DNA from: Escherichia phage Ptacy1496
Sequence record: PQ863253.1
Length of the DNA stretch: 64,000 bases
Strand: one strand, 5' to 3'
Each line of letters begins with the position of its first letter. Position 1 is the first letter of the stretch. The translations under genes and the position numbers were made by a program. The notes beneath the pieces are model-generated. The model saw only the letters and a program-made list of their open reading frames with translations, did not search any database and was not told the origin of the DNA. Shown piece by piece: positions 30,715 to 41,348 of this stretch.

Positions 30715-31674
30715 TCACTTCCACTGCATTTCACATGCTAATTGAATGAAAAGATAAGCTAAATGTAATTCAGTGTTAGCTGCAATACCATGATACTGAT
30801 TATTTTCGCCGACAATTTCGTACATACGAATAATACTCTGTGGAGTTACACGTGAATAGATTTCTTCGGCAAGTTTACCCACGAACCACGAATAATCAGC
30901 TGCATATTTTGGTGCTAAAGCTCTGAGTTGTTTAACATCTTTATTTTTGAGAGACTCAAGAACATCATCAATAGCGCCACGATCGTTAGTAACCAGTGAT
31001 AAAATACCAGCATCCAAAACACCTTTAGATGAATAACTATCGAGCTCGCCAATAGTTTTACGAAAATCAGGAAAATTCTTTTTAACCAAAGCTGCTACAA
31101 CTTTCATATCAGCTATAGCAATTCCTTCATGCTTACAGATTTCAGTCAATCGACGAATCATCTGCTTCATCATTTCAATTTTATCTTCATCGGTCGGTTG
31201 ACCGAATGTAATAACTCGGCAGCGTGACTGGAGAGGTTTAATAATACCATCAATATTGTTAGCAGTAATAATAATACTACAGTTTGAACTATAAGCTTCC
31301 ATAAAGGAACGAAGATGTCGCTGAGACTCTGCTAACCCTGAGCGGTCAAATTCATCAATAACGATTACTTTTTGACGACCATCAAATGAAGCTGCGCTGG
31401 CAAAATTAGTCAAAGGACCACGAACGAAATCAATTTTACAATCTGATCCATTCACAAACATCATATCAGCATTTACATCATGACACAATGCTTTTGCTAC
31501 AGTTGTTTTACCTGTTCCTGGAGAAGGAGAATGAAGAATAATATGTGGAATCTTACCTTTACTTGTAATAGATTTAAAGGTTTCTTTATCAAAGGCGGGA
31601 AGAATACATTCATCGATAGTAGATGGACGATATTTCTGTTCAAGAATGTGTTCTTTTTCATTTACGGTAATCAT
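30715..31674 (-). CDS. 44: clamp loader ATPase gp44 (AAA+)
   Basis: 319 aa from MITVNEKEH...; Walker A SPGTGKT. Confidence 0.9.
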
Positions 31675-31707
31675 AATTTCCTCATTCAAGTTTTAGTGTA
31701 AATTATA

Positions 31708-31724
31708 AAGGGCCGAAGCCCTTT
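31708..31724 (-). terminator. hairpin AAAGGGC-uucg-GCCCUUU between genes 45 and 44
   Basis: palindrome with flanking T-runs. Confidence 0.55.
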
Positions 31725-31725
31725 A

Positions 31726-32412
31726 TTAAAAATCGTGGGTAGAATCAGCTTCAAGAGCTACTACATAATTCGCGTGTTCACCTTCAAATTTAGCAGCACC
31801 TTGTTTACCTTTTGCCCAGAGCAGAAGTTTATAATTTCCTGGTTGCATTTTCATATTTGCCATATTGATAATGAAATTAAATGTATTTTCACCATCATAA
31901 TCACCAAGAGTCAAAGAATATTTAACACGGGTCAAAGCAGAATCTTCTACTTTATTAAAACCGTTAATTACGATTTTACCTTCTTTTACTGTGATAGCAA
32001 TTGTATCAATCTGCAGACCACGAGATACACGCAACAGTTGTTGAAGGTCTTCAGCTTTAATTTCAGTAACAACAGATGCTACCGGGAATGGAATCGGTTT
32101 ATTAGGAGCAACTACTGTACTCGGATCGGCTGCTGGCCAAAAAATTGTTGAGCGGGCATCAGCAATTTTAATATTTCCATCTTCTGACTGGGAAATTTCT
32201 GCATCATCATTAACTAGAGACAGAATACCGAGAAAACCGTTCAAATCGTAAATCGCTACATCAAAATCAATAACGTCAGAAATATTTGCTTCCGCATAAG
32301 TTGTACCATTAACTGCACGAGTCATAATAAATTGACCTGATTTAAGCATAATACCGGAGTTAATAGTAGCGAAATTTTTAAGCAGAGCAGTAGTATCTTT
32401 AGACAGTTTCAT
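31726..32412 (-). CDS. 45: sliding clamp gp45
   Basis: 228 aa as in T4 gp45. Confidence 0.92.
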   Translation of the reverse strand: MKLSKDTTALLKNFATINSGIMLKSGQFIMTRAVNGTTYAEANISDVIDFDVAIYDLNGFLGILSLVNDDAEISQSEDGNIKIADARSTIFWPAADPSTVVAPNKPIPFPVASVVTEIKAEDLQQLLRVSRGLQIDTIAITVKEGKIVINGFNKVEDSALTRVKYSLTLGDYDGENTFNFIINMANMKMQPGNYKLLLWAKGKQGAAKFEGEHANYVVALEADSTHDF

Positions 32413-32467
32413 GTAATTTCCTTCAATTCAAATGAGATTTAATTTTATAACTAATTTAATAAAGCAA

Positions 32468-32857
32468 TTAACGATTAAAATCAGCCGCAATTGTTTCAGC
32501 GACAATTTGAGCAGCAACAATTAGACGTTCATCTGCATTACCGCAATAATCATCTTCAAGGCGTTCACCACATGAAGTCATAATAAATTTAGCACCGGCG
32601 TTTAGGGATTCTGTAGTATGTTTGCGCATTAGTTCAATCCATTTATTACTTACTTCACGATCGATAGCTTCATAATACGCATGACGAGCAGGTGCAGATT
32701 TAATTTTGTTCTGAATAACTTCCATTGCGTTATCAGAAAGAGACAAAACCCATGCTCGACGAATTTTATTTTGATTTTGTGGATTTGATTCAGAACGCAC
32801 GTGTTTTGGCTGAATATCTTTTACATCAACAGTATAATTCACAGTAATTTTAGTCAT
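32468..32857 (-). CDS. rpbA: RNA polymerase-binding protein RpbA
   Basis: 129 aa as in T4 RpbA, upstream of gene 45. Confidence 0.6.
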
Positions 32858-32866
32858 AATACACCT

Positions 32867-33055
32867 TTAATCATAATAATCAGTAACAGTCCAAGCTTCA
32901 TTTCTATTGGACATTATTTTTGTATATTCTGCTTTAAATGCATTCTTAAGCATAGATTCAGTAACTATATGCTCTTCATTAGAAAAATTATTTCTCAGAA
33001 TATATCGTTTTATTTCAGGAATAGTTAATAGATGCTGTCCAGTTGAATATTCCAT
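32867..33055 (-). CDS. hypothetical protein (45.2 position)
   Basis: 62 aa ORF. Confidence 0.4.
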   Translation of the reverse strand: MEYSTGQHLLTIPEIKRYILRNNFSNEEHIVTESMLKNAFKAEYTKIMSNRNEAWTVTDYYD

Positions 33056-33071
33056 GTTTTTCCTCCATAGA

Positions 33072-33096
33072 GATTATACTCTAATAAATTAAAGCA
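33072..33096 (-). promoter_or_regulatory. middle promoter (MotA box ATGCTTTAA, about 10 nt, TATAAT)
   Basis: good match to MotA box consensus upstream of 45.2/rpbA/45. Confidence 0.55.
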
Positions 33097-33110
33097 TAAT
33101 CTCTTATAAA

Positions 33111-34793
33111 TTAAACCATTACAGTAAATCGACCAACTTTCTTCATTTGAAGATGCTGACCATATTCTTGCGGGTCATGGTCTTTATGTGAAATTATAAA
33201 AACATTAGTGTTTTTCATTGAATTTATAATATTAGCTACACCTTTAATACCTTCGGCATCAAATGACCCATCAAACACTTCATCGAGTATTAATGTACTA
33301 ATACTAACACCAGATACAATAGAAGCAATATCACGCCAAGTAAATAAAAGAGCAATATCAATTCGTGCTTTTTCACCTTCACTAAATGAAGCATAACTAA
33401 AATCTTCACGACCACGGGATTTAATTGTCTCATTAAATTCTTCATCTAATGTAAACACATAATCCGCTTCCATTATTTTAAGATAATGGTTAATCTGCTT
33501 ATTAAATAATGGAATGTACTTTTTAATAATAGCACCTTTAATACCAGAATCTTTGAGCATATCAGTCAAAATTCCTCGGTGGTATTTTTCCATTACTAAA
33601 TTAGTTTTTGTCTTAACAATTTTATCAAGTTCTTCTTGAAGCAGTGCTATTTCATCAGCATGGTCAATAAACTCAGAAGATGCTTTTTCTATAGCCGCTT
33701 TAACTTTTTTGGCTTTATCTACCGTCGTGATTAGAGATTGCTTTTTATTGCGAATATCATTTGCCAACGACTGTTGGGTTTTAATATTATCTCGGTATTC
33801 ATCAACAAGAACTTTTAAATTATCACGATGTGTTGAAAGCTGTTCAAACGAATGCGTACATTCAGAAACTTTATCTTTAATTTTAGAAACAACTTTATCA
33901 CCGGAACTCAATTGTGACAAACAGGTTGGACATAATCCACCTTCGTGATACATATTAATGACTTTATTATACGAGTCAATTTTTGATTTAATTAAAACTG
34001 CTTCTTGACCGATTTTATTAAATGCATCAGTCGGGTCTTCATCCAAAACAATATTAACTAATCTTTCGTTAGCTTCTTCTATTTCCGATTTTAGCGTTCT
34101 AGCTTCTTTTGCCAAATCATCATACATATTTTGCAGACGAGTAAGGTTGTCACCCGTTAATTTTTTCTGGCGTTCAACGTTATCATTATATATTTTAATT
34201 TGTTGGATAATACTATCTTTTTTAACATCAAGCACTTGGTTCTGCGAATTTAATTCACGTATTAGTGCTTTATTAAGCTTATCCATTTCAGCTAATGTTC
34301 CTACCTCAAGCAGGTCTTCCACAAGCTTTCTTCGCGCAGGGGTCGACAAACCCATGAAAGGGGTATACCCTGCTGTACCAAGGACAACAATCTGCTTGAA
34401 ACTGGCATATGACATTCCGATAAGCTGTTCAAATTCTGCTTGGAAATCTTTACTGCTGGCAGATTCATTAAGACGTGTACCGTTAACGGTGATTTCGAAA
34501 ACGTTTGGTTTTTGTCCTCTTTTGATATAGTACTTTTTCTCATCATATTCCATCCACAGTTCAACTAAAAGTTCTTTCTTATTTGTGCTGTTTATTAATT
34601 GACCTTTTTTTACATCACGAAATGGCTTGCCAAAAAGCCCAAATGTGATGGCTTCTAGCATAGTAGACTTACCACCGCCATTTCGTCCAGTAATAAGAGT
34701 TTTTTGAACCTTATCTAATTGAATGTCAATAGGATTTCCACCTACTGACATTATATTTTGATACCTAACTCGGTTTAGTTTAAAATTCTTCAC
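33111..34793 (-). CDS. 46: recombination endonuclease subunit gp46 (Rad50/SbcC-like)
   Basis: 560 aa as in T4 gp46; Walker A GRNGGGKS; coiled-coil middle. Confidence 0.92.
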   Translation of the reverse strand: MKNFKLNRVRYQNIMSVGGNPIDIQLDKVQKTLITGRNGGGKSTMLEAITFGLFGKPFRDVKKGQLINSTNKKELLVELWMEYDEKKYYIKRGQKPNVFEITVNGTRLNESASSKDFQAEFEQLIGMSYASFKQIVVLGTAGYTPFMGLSTPARRKLVEDLLEVGTLAEMDKLNKALIRELNSQNQVLDVKKDSIIQQIKIYNDNVERQKKLTGDNLTRLQNMYDDLAKEARTLKSEIEEANERLVNIVLDEDPTDAFNKIGQEAVLIKSKIDSYNKVINMYHEGGLCPTCLSQLSSGDKVVSKIKDKVSECTHSFEQLSTHRDNLKVLVDEYRDNIKTQQSLANDIRNKKQSLITTVDKAKKVKAAIEKASSEFIDHADEIALLQEELDKIVKTKTNLVMEKYHRGILTDMLKDSGIKGAIIKKYIPLFNKQINHYLKIMEADYVFTLDEEFNETIKSRGREDFSYASFSEGEKARIDIALLFTWRDIASIVSGVSISTLILDEVFDGSFDAEGIKGVANIINSMKNTNVFIISHKDHDPQEYGQHLQMKKVGRFTVMV

Positions 34794-35053
34794 AAAAGAT
34801 TCCTTTTAATGTATCTTTTAGACCATTCTATCATATCATCATAATCTAAAAAGTATTCATCAAATTCAGCCATGCAAACAACGCCTTGTGCTGCTTTTGA
34901 TGTGATATAAATTATTCCAACATATCTAGAATCTTCTTCGGTGTAATCAATATTTGCTATGAATTCATCATTAATGTCAAATGTCGAAAACTTCACAGTA
35001 TGCATCCTTAATACAAGATACAGCCATATCTCGTAATGATTTAGGTGTGTCAT
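34790..35053 (-). CDS. hypothetical protein (46.1 position)
   Basis: 87 aa ORF. Confidence 0.4.
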   Translation of the reverse strand: MTHLNHYEIWLYLVLRMHTVKFSTFDINDEFIANIDYTEEDSRYVGIIYITSKAAQGVVCMAEFDEYFLDYDDMIEWSKRYIKRNLL

Positions 35054-35240
35054 TATCTAAAATGTTGAAGTTAAAAGATACAGCCCAGTCAGTGCAGACT
35101 GTAACCTTTTTAATACAATTATCTTCAACCTCTAACGGTTCAAACCAATATTCAATAATTTCTTTATGCCCAATATCATCTTTTACTTCGCATTCAAAAT
35201 GCTGACTCATCATAACATTTTTAAATTCATCAAAAGTCAT
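34977..35240 (-). CDS. hypothetical protein (46.2 position)
   Basis: 87 aa ORF. Confidence 0.4.
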   Translation of the reverse strand: MTFDEFKNVMMSQHFECEVKDDIGHKEIIEYWFEPLEVEDNCIKKVTVCTDWAVSFNFNILDNDTPKSLRDMAVSCIKDAYCEVFDI

Positions 35241-36256
35241 TGTGTTGCCTCTACATATAACTGATTTGCATATTGAATAAGTGCTTCACGGTCAGAATCA
35301 GTGATGTCTGGAATTGCATTAATGTATTCTTCCATCAACGTCTGAAGCGATTGAACTTCAACCTCTTCGCTGTCATCTGACTCGACAGAGTTATCAATCT
35401 TTGACACAACTCGTAATGAATGCACAACTTTTTCTAGTTCAGATTCGAACTTCGTTAGATTTTTGTTTACTTCAGTTACTATAACACGTACTGATAGATT
35501 TGTAAAATCTTTATAGTCAATTTTTCCTTTAAATGGATAATGAATTCTACGGTGCCAGGTAGTATTGTTTGGAATAAATTCCATTCGTTCTGTTTCTGTA
35601 TCAAACATCCAGAACCCACGAGGGTCATTCTCGTCACCTGCAGTTAGTGTCCATGGTGTCCCAATATATCTGACGTTAGCAGCCTCAGAGATAGTATGGA
35701 AGTGACCAGACCACACCTCTTTATAAGTCTTAAGGAAATCAGGTTCAAGGCCGTGAGATTTCATTCCTTTATAAAAATAAAATCCATTCAGCTCCCAGTG
35801 ACCAACACAAAAAGAAGCAGATGAAGTTTTGATGTGTTCAAGAATTTCACCAGTATTTTCTTCACACATCCAAGGAATTAAATCAATCAAACATCCGTCA
35901 AAATCTACTGTAGTAGGCTTATCATATACTTTAACATTAGGATATTTAGCCAAAAGCTCAGTAGAAGCATTTGGAGTTAAAGTATTTTTAAAGTGCATAT
36001 CATGGTTTCCTACAACAGTATGTAGGGTAATACCAGCATCACCAAGCATTTGAACTATTTCACGAGCGAACTCCATAGTTTTATGCGTGATTGCTTTTCG
36101 CACATCAAAAATATCGCCGTATTGAATCCATGTAGTAATTCCATTTTTCTTAGAATATTCTATTGCTTGTTTAATTCCATCCAACTGAATAGATTGAACC
36201 CACTCATCATCAGCTTTAACGCCTAAATGCCAATCACCTAAATTTAAAATTTTCAT
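35237..36256 (-). CDS. 47: recombination endonuclease subunit gp47 (Mre11/SbcD-like)
   Basis: 339 aa as in T4 gp47; phosphoesterase motifs GDWH, GNHD. Confidence 0.92.
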   Translation of the reverse strand: MKILNLGDWHLGVKADDEWVQSIQLDGIKQAIEYSKKNGITTWIQYGDIFDVRKAITHKTMEFAREIVQMLGDAGITLHTVVGNHDMHFKNTLTPNASTELLAKYPNVKVYDKPTTVDFDGCLIDLIPWMCEENTGEILEHIKTSSASFCVGHWELNGFYFYKGMKSHGLEPDFLKTYKEVWSGHFHTISEAANVRYIGTPWTLTAGDENDPRGFWMFDTETERMEFIPNNTTWHRRIHYPFKGKIDYKDFTNLSVRVIVTEVNKNLTKFESELEKVVHSLRVVSKIDNSVESDDSEEVEVQSLQTLMEEYINAIPDITDSDREALIQYANQLYVEATQ

Positions 36257-36417
36257 ATATCAAGAACCGTCATTGAAATGCAAAATAAAATTATTGAAAT
36301 AAATCCATCTGGAGTGCTAAAGAACCCAATCCAACATGCTCTAGTGAATAGATAGAATGCAAGAAAAAGTATCACATATCCAAGAAATATCATTATATCA
36401 AACTCCGTATAAAGCTA

Positions 36418-36435
36418 AAGGGCCGAAGCCCTTTA
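36418..36435 (-). terminator. hairpin AAAGGGC-uucg-GCCCUUU
   Basis: palindrome overlapping alpha-gt stop region. Confidence 0.5.
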
Positions 36436-37635
36436 TTTTGTAATAATGTCAAACTGTTCTTTAAAGCAGAAGCTTGAATCTTGATGCTGATACAAAAATT
36501 CATATGCTTTTTCTCGCTCACGGTCATAAAGAGCTCGGTCAGATGACAGTTCTTTAATACGTTCAAACGTTGATTCCATATCATTTTCATCAAACCAAAC
36601 GATACCGCTATCATGCGAAATTAGCGGAGTATTATCAACACGGAATTTTAAATTTTCGCCAGTAGATTTCCAAAATACCGGAATTGTTCCACATGCACCA
36701 AGCTCGAGATGAGTATATTCTAAAGAACGTTGTAGATATTTTTTATCCAACTTACTCAACTGATAACCAAATCCGGATTTACTCATACGTTCAAGCATTT
36801 CGCTATTTACATAACGGTCAAGAATTTGCGTTGGCAAATTAGGAGCAATTTTAATTTGGTCTACTTGATGAAGACGATAATACTCGTATGGAATTCCTTT
36901 TTCTTTAATAGGAATGAACGCTGGAGAACGTTCCAGACCTTCCATAACAGTACTTAGTCCTGCAGGTTTAAGATGTTTTTCATGAAAATCAAACATCTGA
37001 TAAAAACCTTTCCATGTAGTCGTACGACCAATCCAACGGTTGACATTCATGTTAATTTCAGAAACATCTTTCCAGTAGGTTGATCGAACTTTCGCAATAT
37101 CCATAGGAGGCTGAAAGTTATATACGGTCGGTGCTTCTTCAATATCATCAAACAGAGAAACTGTTTCTGGATACCATTCTTTCATCAGAACTTTATTAAA
37201 ATCGCCATTATCAGAATGACTAAAAATAACATCAGCTCGACGAACAGTTTCTTCTAATCCCAAATTTCGACGCAAAGAAAGAGAAGAATGGTCATGTTGA
37301 TAAACTACAACACGAACCGAAGGTTTAATGTTATCAATAATTTTTTTATAGTTATTAATAGTATCTTCTTCAACTGAAGTAGCAGGAACTGAATTGATAA
37401 TTAGAATATCACAATCATTTACCAGCTTAAGTGTTTTATCGTATTCTTTTGCCAATAAAACCGGAATTGAAAATGATTTATAATCATGTGCACAGTTACG
37501 AGTAAATGATTTATCTTTAGCATAAACCAAAGTTACTTCATGACCATTTTTAATAAACCAATCACGTTGCTCAAGAGAAAATTTAGTTACACCGCAACCT
37601 TCAAGACCTCGAGCCATAAAAATACATACTTTCAT
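36433..37635 (-). CDS. agt: DNA alpha-glucosyltransferase
   Basis: 400 aa; sequence closely matches recalled T4 alpha-gt. Confidence 0.9.
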   Translation of the reverse strand: MKVCIFMARGLEGCGVTKFSLEQRDWFIKNGHEVTLVYAKDKSFTRNCAHDYKSFSIPVLLAKEYDKTLKLVNDCDILIINSVPATSVEEDTINNYKKIIDNIKPSVRVVVYQHDHSSLSLRRNLGLEETVRRADVIFSHSDNGDFNKVLMKEWYPETVSLFDDIEEAPTVYNFQPPMDIAKVRSTYWKDVSEINMNVNRWIGRTTTWKGFYQMFDFHEKHLKPAGLSTVMEGLERSPAFIPIKEKGIPYEYYRLHQVDQIKIAPNLPTQILDRYVNSEMLERMSKSGFGYQLSKLDKKYLQRSLEYTHLELGACGTIPVFWKSTGENLKFRVDNTPLISHDSGIVWFDENDMESTFERIKELSSDRALYDREREKAYEFLYQHQDSSFCFKEQFDIITK

Positions 37636-37686
37636 TTAATATCCTCTTTGTTTTGGTTTATTTTACCAAAAATTTATAAAGCAATA

Positions 37687-37703
37687 TAGGAGCCGAAGCT
37701 CCT
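37687..37703 (-). terminator. hairpin UAGGAGC-uucg-GCUCCUA
   Basis: palindrome upstream of alpha-gt. Confidence 0.45.
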
Positions 37704-37875
37704 ATCCACATAATACGCCATACAGAGGCTCGTTAGAACTTTTAAATTTTATGCGCTTATATTTTATAGTTCCTTCTGCTTTAGCTTTATCATGAGACTC
37801 TTTAAAGCGTCTCATCATTTCCTCTTTAGAGGAACGAATTTTATTATAATCTATTTCAGAAGTCTGGGTGTTCAT
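37702..37875 (-). CDS. small hypothetical protein (57 aa, not in ORF track)
   Basis: hand translation MNTQTSEIDYNKIRSSKEEMMRRFKESHDK... Confidence 0.3.
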   Translation of the reverse strand: MNTQTSEIDYNKIRSSKEEMMRRFKESHDKAKAEGTIKYKRIKFKSSNEPLYGVLCG

Positions 37876-37878
37876 CTT

Positions 37879-38085
37879 TCACAGTTGCCACCATTTTTTG
37901 ACTTGATAGGAATCAACCCACACTTTCATATTAGGGTCTGCTCTTACAATAGGAGGATTAACTTCTTTAATTGAACTATCATGGTATTCTTTTTCAGAAA
38001 TTTTCACACAAAGATGACCATTCAAAGATTCAGTAAATCCTGCATTAATTTTAAGACGCTTGAATTTTACGTGTGTAAGCATCAA
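37879..38085 (-). CDS. hypothetical protein
   Basis: 68 aa ORF. Confidence 0.4.
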   Translation of the reverse strand: MMLTHVKFKRLKINAGFTESLNGHLCVKISEKEYHDSSIKEVNPPIVRADPNMKVWVDSYQVKKWWQL

Positions 38086-38368
38086 TCATATCCTCAATTT
38101 GCGATCTAGTAGTCTTCCAAAGAATACTGATGAGTTCATCGTTATATGGCTGTTTTAGAATATCCCGACTTTTCTTGATAGCATATTCGTATTGAGCAAA
38201 ATTATTATTTTCAGCTGCAATCTGAGCGTGCTTATAAAGACGATTCAGTTCGCGTTTGTTTTTAGACAATAACTTATTTGCTTTTCTTTCTGCTTCAAGA
38301 CGGTTCTTTTCTTCAATAGAAGAAATAAGCTTTTCCACTTCATCATTAATTTCGGGTTTATCAGTCAT
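38051..38368 (-). CDS. hypothetical protein
   Basis: 105 aa ORF. Confidence 0.45.
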   Translation of the reverse strand: MTDKPEINDEVEKLISSIEEKNRLEAERKANKLLSKNKRELNRLYKHAQIAAENNNFAQYEYAIKKSRDILKQPYNDELISILWKTTRSQIEDMIDAYTRKIQAS

Positions 38369-38369
38369 A

Positions 38370-38588
38370 TTATTTCTCTAATATAAAATAAAAATCATCA
38401 TCTGTTAAATGATACCTATAATTTAATTCTACACCATTAGATTTAAAAGCGGTATCATACGGATTTTCTGGATCAATATCAATGTCAAGAGCTAAAACTT
38501 CCCTGAGATACATTTTAAGTAAATAGGGAATAGCTTCAACTTCAGGTATTTCTTCCAAGAATCCGGAGAGGTTAATCGTTAGCCTCAT
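38370..38588 (-). CDS. hypothetical protein
   Basis: 72 aa ORF. Confidence 0.4.
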
Positions 38589-39135
38589 ATAAAAAATCCA
38601 AACTAGGAGAATCGTCTACAACACTTTTCTTTTCAGCCCCCGGTGTTCTATAGGTTGATTCTTCGTAATGCGTCATTTTATCATAGATGTCTTGAATAAA
38701 AGTTTCATCTACTAACGCAACCATATCGTCGTCACGACTGTCATAGACATTGTGAACGAAGTAACTATATTTCTTTGCAACTTCCTTACGTTCTTTTTTA
38801 ATACGTTGGACGAATGCATTAAAACAAGCTTGAGTTATATATGCATGTGGGTTTTTATATTTCGTTTCATCAAAATTGTGAAGCCCCTTAATAGAAGCTT
38901 CTATACCATCTGCAATCATTTCTTGTTTCCAAGACTGGGTGTATCCTGAAAAGTTGAAACGCTTAGATAAGCCTTCTGCAATAAGCATAATGGCTAATCC
39001 GATAGTATCATTCTGACGAACTACTTTATTTGGGTCTTTATTATTTGCTAATTCTGTTTTCCAATCAATAATAGCTTGTAAAAGCTCTTTATTGTTTACG
39101 TAATTATATTTAGGCTTAGTTTCTGACATTTTCAC
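38572..39135 (-). CDS. 55: late sigma factor gp55
   Basis: 187 aa; T4 gp55 is 185 aa at this position. Confidence 0.85.
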
Positions 39136-39207
39136 CTCTTAGCTCAATTCATAGATCTATTATATCATAATATTTGAAGATCTATCTTAAAGCATAGAGG
39201 ATATCAG

Positions 39208-39477
39208 TTATCTAAGTAAGCAGTATGCTTGGAACACTTTCTCCATCATCTTTTTAAATTCATGAATATCTATGTAATGATCATTAATATCAGCGCGATA
39301 TAAAAAGTCTAAAAACTTTTTATGGGTATTAGAATATTTACTTCCAGTTAATTCAGAAACATGGCTTTCCCAATATCCAACACCAGTTTTATTTGGGAAA
39401 AATGAAATTTTCATGTATTGGTCAACATAGAAAATACCAAAATTTTCAATAGCAATAGAAATATTAATTAATTTCAT
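39208..39477 (-). CDS. hypothetical protein
   Basis: 89 aa ORF. Confidence 0.4.
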   Translation of the reverse strand: MKLINISIAIENFGIFYVDQYMKISFFPNKTGVGYWESHVSELTGSKYSNTHKKFLDFLYRADINDHYIDIHEFKKMMEKVFQAYCLLR

Positions 39478-39689
39478 ACATTCATCAACTTAGCCGCTTC
39501 AAGAGCTGCATCTAGTGAATCAAACTGGTCAACGTATTCAATCAATTCGCCATAATTGGCATATAACCACCATTGGCTAAATTCATACTCAAGGATGAAT
39601 CCGTTTCCTTCAATTTGAGTTAAACCAATGCCATTTGTATTTACTTCATACCCAGCAAGACGTAAATCGTTAATAAGAGCTTCGTTCAT
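39474..39689 (-). CDS. hypothetical protein
   Basis: 71 aa ORF. Confidence 0.4.
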   Translation of the reverse strand: MNEALINDLRLAGYEVNTNGIGLTQIEGNGFILEYEFSQWWLYANYGELIEYVDQFDSLDAALEAAKLMNV

Positions 39690-39691
39690 AA

Positions 39692-40018
39692 TTATACCTT
39701 AGTAATTTTCAGGTCTGCAAATTTTTTCTTACGTTGATTTTTCATGCGACGAATAGTTTTATCGGAAATTTCATGCTTTTGATAAGCTTTAGATTCTACA
39801 CCAAAAGCTTTAACATCAAATTCTGACAAGATATATTGAACCAGCAATTCACGGACAGTATTACGTCCAATCTTCTGATCATTCTGTTTCATCGTCTGAT
39901 GAAGCTCTTTTTCCCATTTATCCAAAATTTGAGGAGTTACAATATCGCCTTTTTCTAGCAAAGAAACTACTTTATCATATGCGTAAGAATTAATGGCGTT
40001 TTTAATTTGAATAGTCAT
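39692..40018 (-). CDS. hypothetical protein
   Basis: 108 aa ORF. Confidence 0.45.
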   Translation of the reverse strand: MTIQIKNAINSYAYDKVVSLLEKGDIVTPQILDKWEKELHQTMKQNDQKIGRNTVRELLVQYILSEFDVKAFGVESKAYQKHEISDKTIRRMKNQRKKKFADLKITKV

Positions 40019-40057
40019 ACATTATCCTCAATTACGTTAAAATTTTATTATCCAAAA

Positions 40058-40073
40058 AGGGCCGAAGCCCTTA
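40058..40073 (-). terminator. hairpin AAGGGC-uucg-GCCCUU
   Basis: palindrome with A/T flanks. Confidence 0.45.
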
Positions 40074-40271
40074 GCTAAACTTTTTGGCACCCTTCCAGCC
40101 TTCATACATCATTGCGACTGACAATGACAAAGCTCCTTCACATGCCGCATACTTATTATTCCAGAACCAATTTAGAAAAACTTCATCCTCAATACCATTG
40201 TGTTTCATGTTCTGGAAAAATTTGGCGCGTTCTTCAGCAATTCGCTGCGATAATTTAGACTCAGGATTCAT
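40071..40271 (-). CDS. hypothetical protein
   Basis: 66 aa ORF. Confidence 0.4.
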   Translation of the reverse strand: MNPESKLSQRIAEERAKFFQNMKHNGIEDEVFLNWFWNNKYAACEGALSLSVAMMYEGWKGAKKFS

Positions 40272-40403
40272 TTAAATTTCCCAATTACCATTTTCATCAA
40301 TAAATTTAATCCAGTCATTTACTGACCACTTAGTTGTATCGCCTTTTGGAGCAACATTTAAAGTGTATAACCCCTGCTTAAAAAGCATTCGTTTGATATT
40401 CAT
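40272..40403 (-). CDS. small hypothetical protein
   Basis: ORF track 40272..40487; start moved to ATG that removes overlap. Confidence 0.3.
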   Translation of the reverse strand: MNIKRMLFKQGLYTLNVAPKGDTTKWSVNDWIKFIDENGNWEI

Positions 40404-40410
40404 ATTTTCC

Positions 40411-40701
40411 TCAGCTGTAACGATAACATTCGTTTGATTTGCGCTTAGCAACTCGTTGAGATGTATTATAATCAAAATCATCGTCAATGTAAACTGATTT
40501 TTTCAACTTTCTTACTTCACCACGCAGTTGACGATTCAATTCATTCTTAACCTCTGAATCAACACCTCGCATACGTCGCCATTTATCTGAACGAAAAATG
40601 TTTTCAACCATATCTTTATGACTTATCCCATCAGGAGCTTTACGCTTTCCGAAATAGTCATAATCACGAACTTTCAAGTCTTTACGACGATACGTTTTAC
40701 C
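40411..40701 (-). CDS. hypothetical highly basic protein
   Basis: ORF track 40411..40749; start moved to MGKTYRRKDLKVRDYDYFGKRKAP...; Arg/Lys rich. Confidence 0.4.
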   Translation of the reverse strand, partial: GKTYRRKDLKVRDYDYFGKRKAPDGISHKDMVENIFRSDKWRRMRGVDSEVKNELNRQLRGEVRKLKKSVYIDDDFDYNTSQRVAKRKSNECYRYS

Positions 40702-40879
40702 CATGGAGTTTAATTTCCTTAGCAACTGAACTAAATACAGCACGATCACAAATCATGTGTTTATGTAACTTAAGTATAAGATAATAAACATCATAACCAT
40801 TTACGTAAGTAACACGAACAACATTACCATTAATAAAATAATATTGTCCCTTTTTAATTTCTTTATCAACCACAACCAT
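40697..40879 (-). CDS. hypothetical protein
   Basis: 60 aa ORF downstream of early promoter. Confidence 0.4.
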   Translation of the reverse strand: MVVVDKEIKKGQYYFINGNVVRVTYVNGYDVYYLILKLHKHMICDRAVFSSVAKEIKLHG

Positions 40880-40909
40880 ATCAAATCCTCAAAGGCAATT
40901 CATATGTTA

Positions 40910-40939
40910 ATAATACCACGGTTTGAACTTGTTGTAAAC
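40910..40939 (-). promoter_or_regulatory. phage early promoter
   Basis: plus strand ATAATA-18nt-GTAAAC. Confidence 0.6.
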
Positions 40940-41019
40940 AACTTTGTGAAAATTATTTTAGGGAATGATAAGAAGGGAACGATAGCTTAGAATGGTAATA
41001 TACAGAATGTGAGAAAGAA

Positions 41020-41035
41020 AGGCCCAGAGGGCCCG
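41020..41035 (-). terminator. hairpin GGGCCC-ucu-GGGCC after nrdH
   Basis: GC stem immediately after nrdH stop. Confidence 0.5.
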
Positions 41036-41037
41036 TC

Positions 41038-41346
41038 TTAGTCTTCTATGATATCTTTATCATATCCAAGTGAAATGAGAGTTTCTTTGAAGTGTTTAAT
41101 GTTCTTTTGTCTAGAATCATTAATGAAAATGACCGGATAACGAATGTTAAGAGATGTGAATCCAGCGCGTTTAGCAAGAGATACAATCAGCGGACGATCA
41201 TACTCAATCTTACCATTATTTGTAAGAACTTTATAGAAAGTAAAAGGAGCATTAAGCTCCTTTAGAAGTTTTGTAACTGATTGACATCCAGGACAACGAC
41301 CTACTTCATCTGGAATTCCATAGACTTCAATCTTATTTTGTTTCAC
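41038..41346 (-). CDS. nrdH: glutaredoxin-like NrdH
   Basis: 102 aa; CPGC redox motif; T4 nrdH is 102 aa. Confidence 0.8.
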   Translation of the reverse strand: MKQNKIEVYGIPDEVGRCPGCQSVTKLLKELNAPFTFYKVLTNNGKIEYDRPLIVSLAKRAGFTSLNIRYPVIFINDSRQKNIKHFKETLISLGYDKDIIED

Positions 41347-41348
41347 AA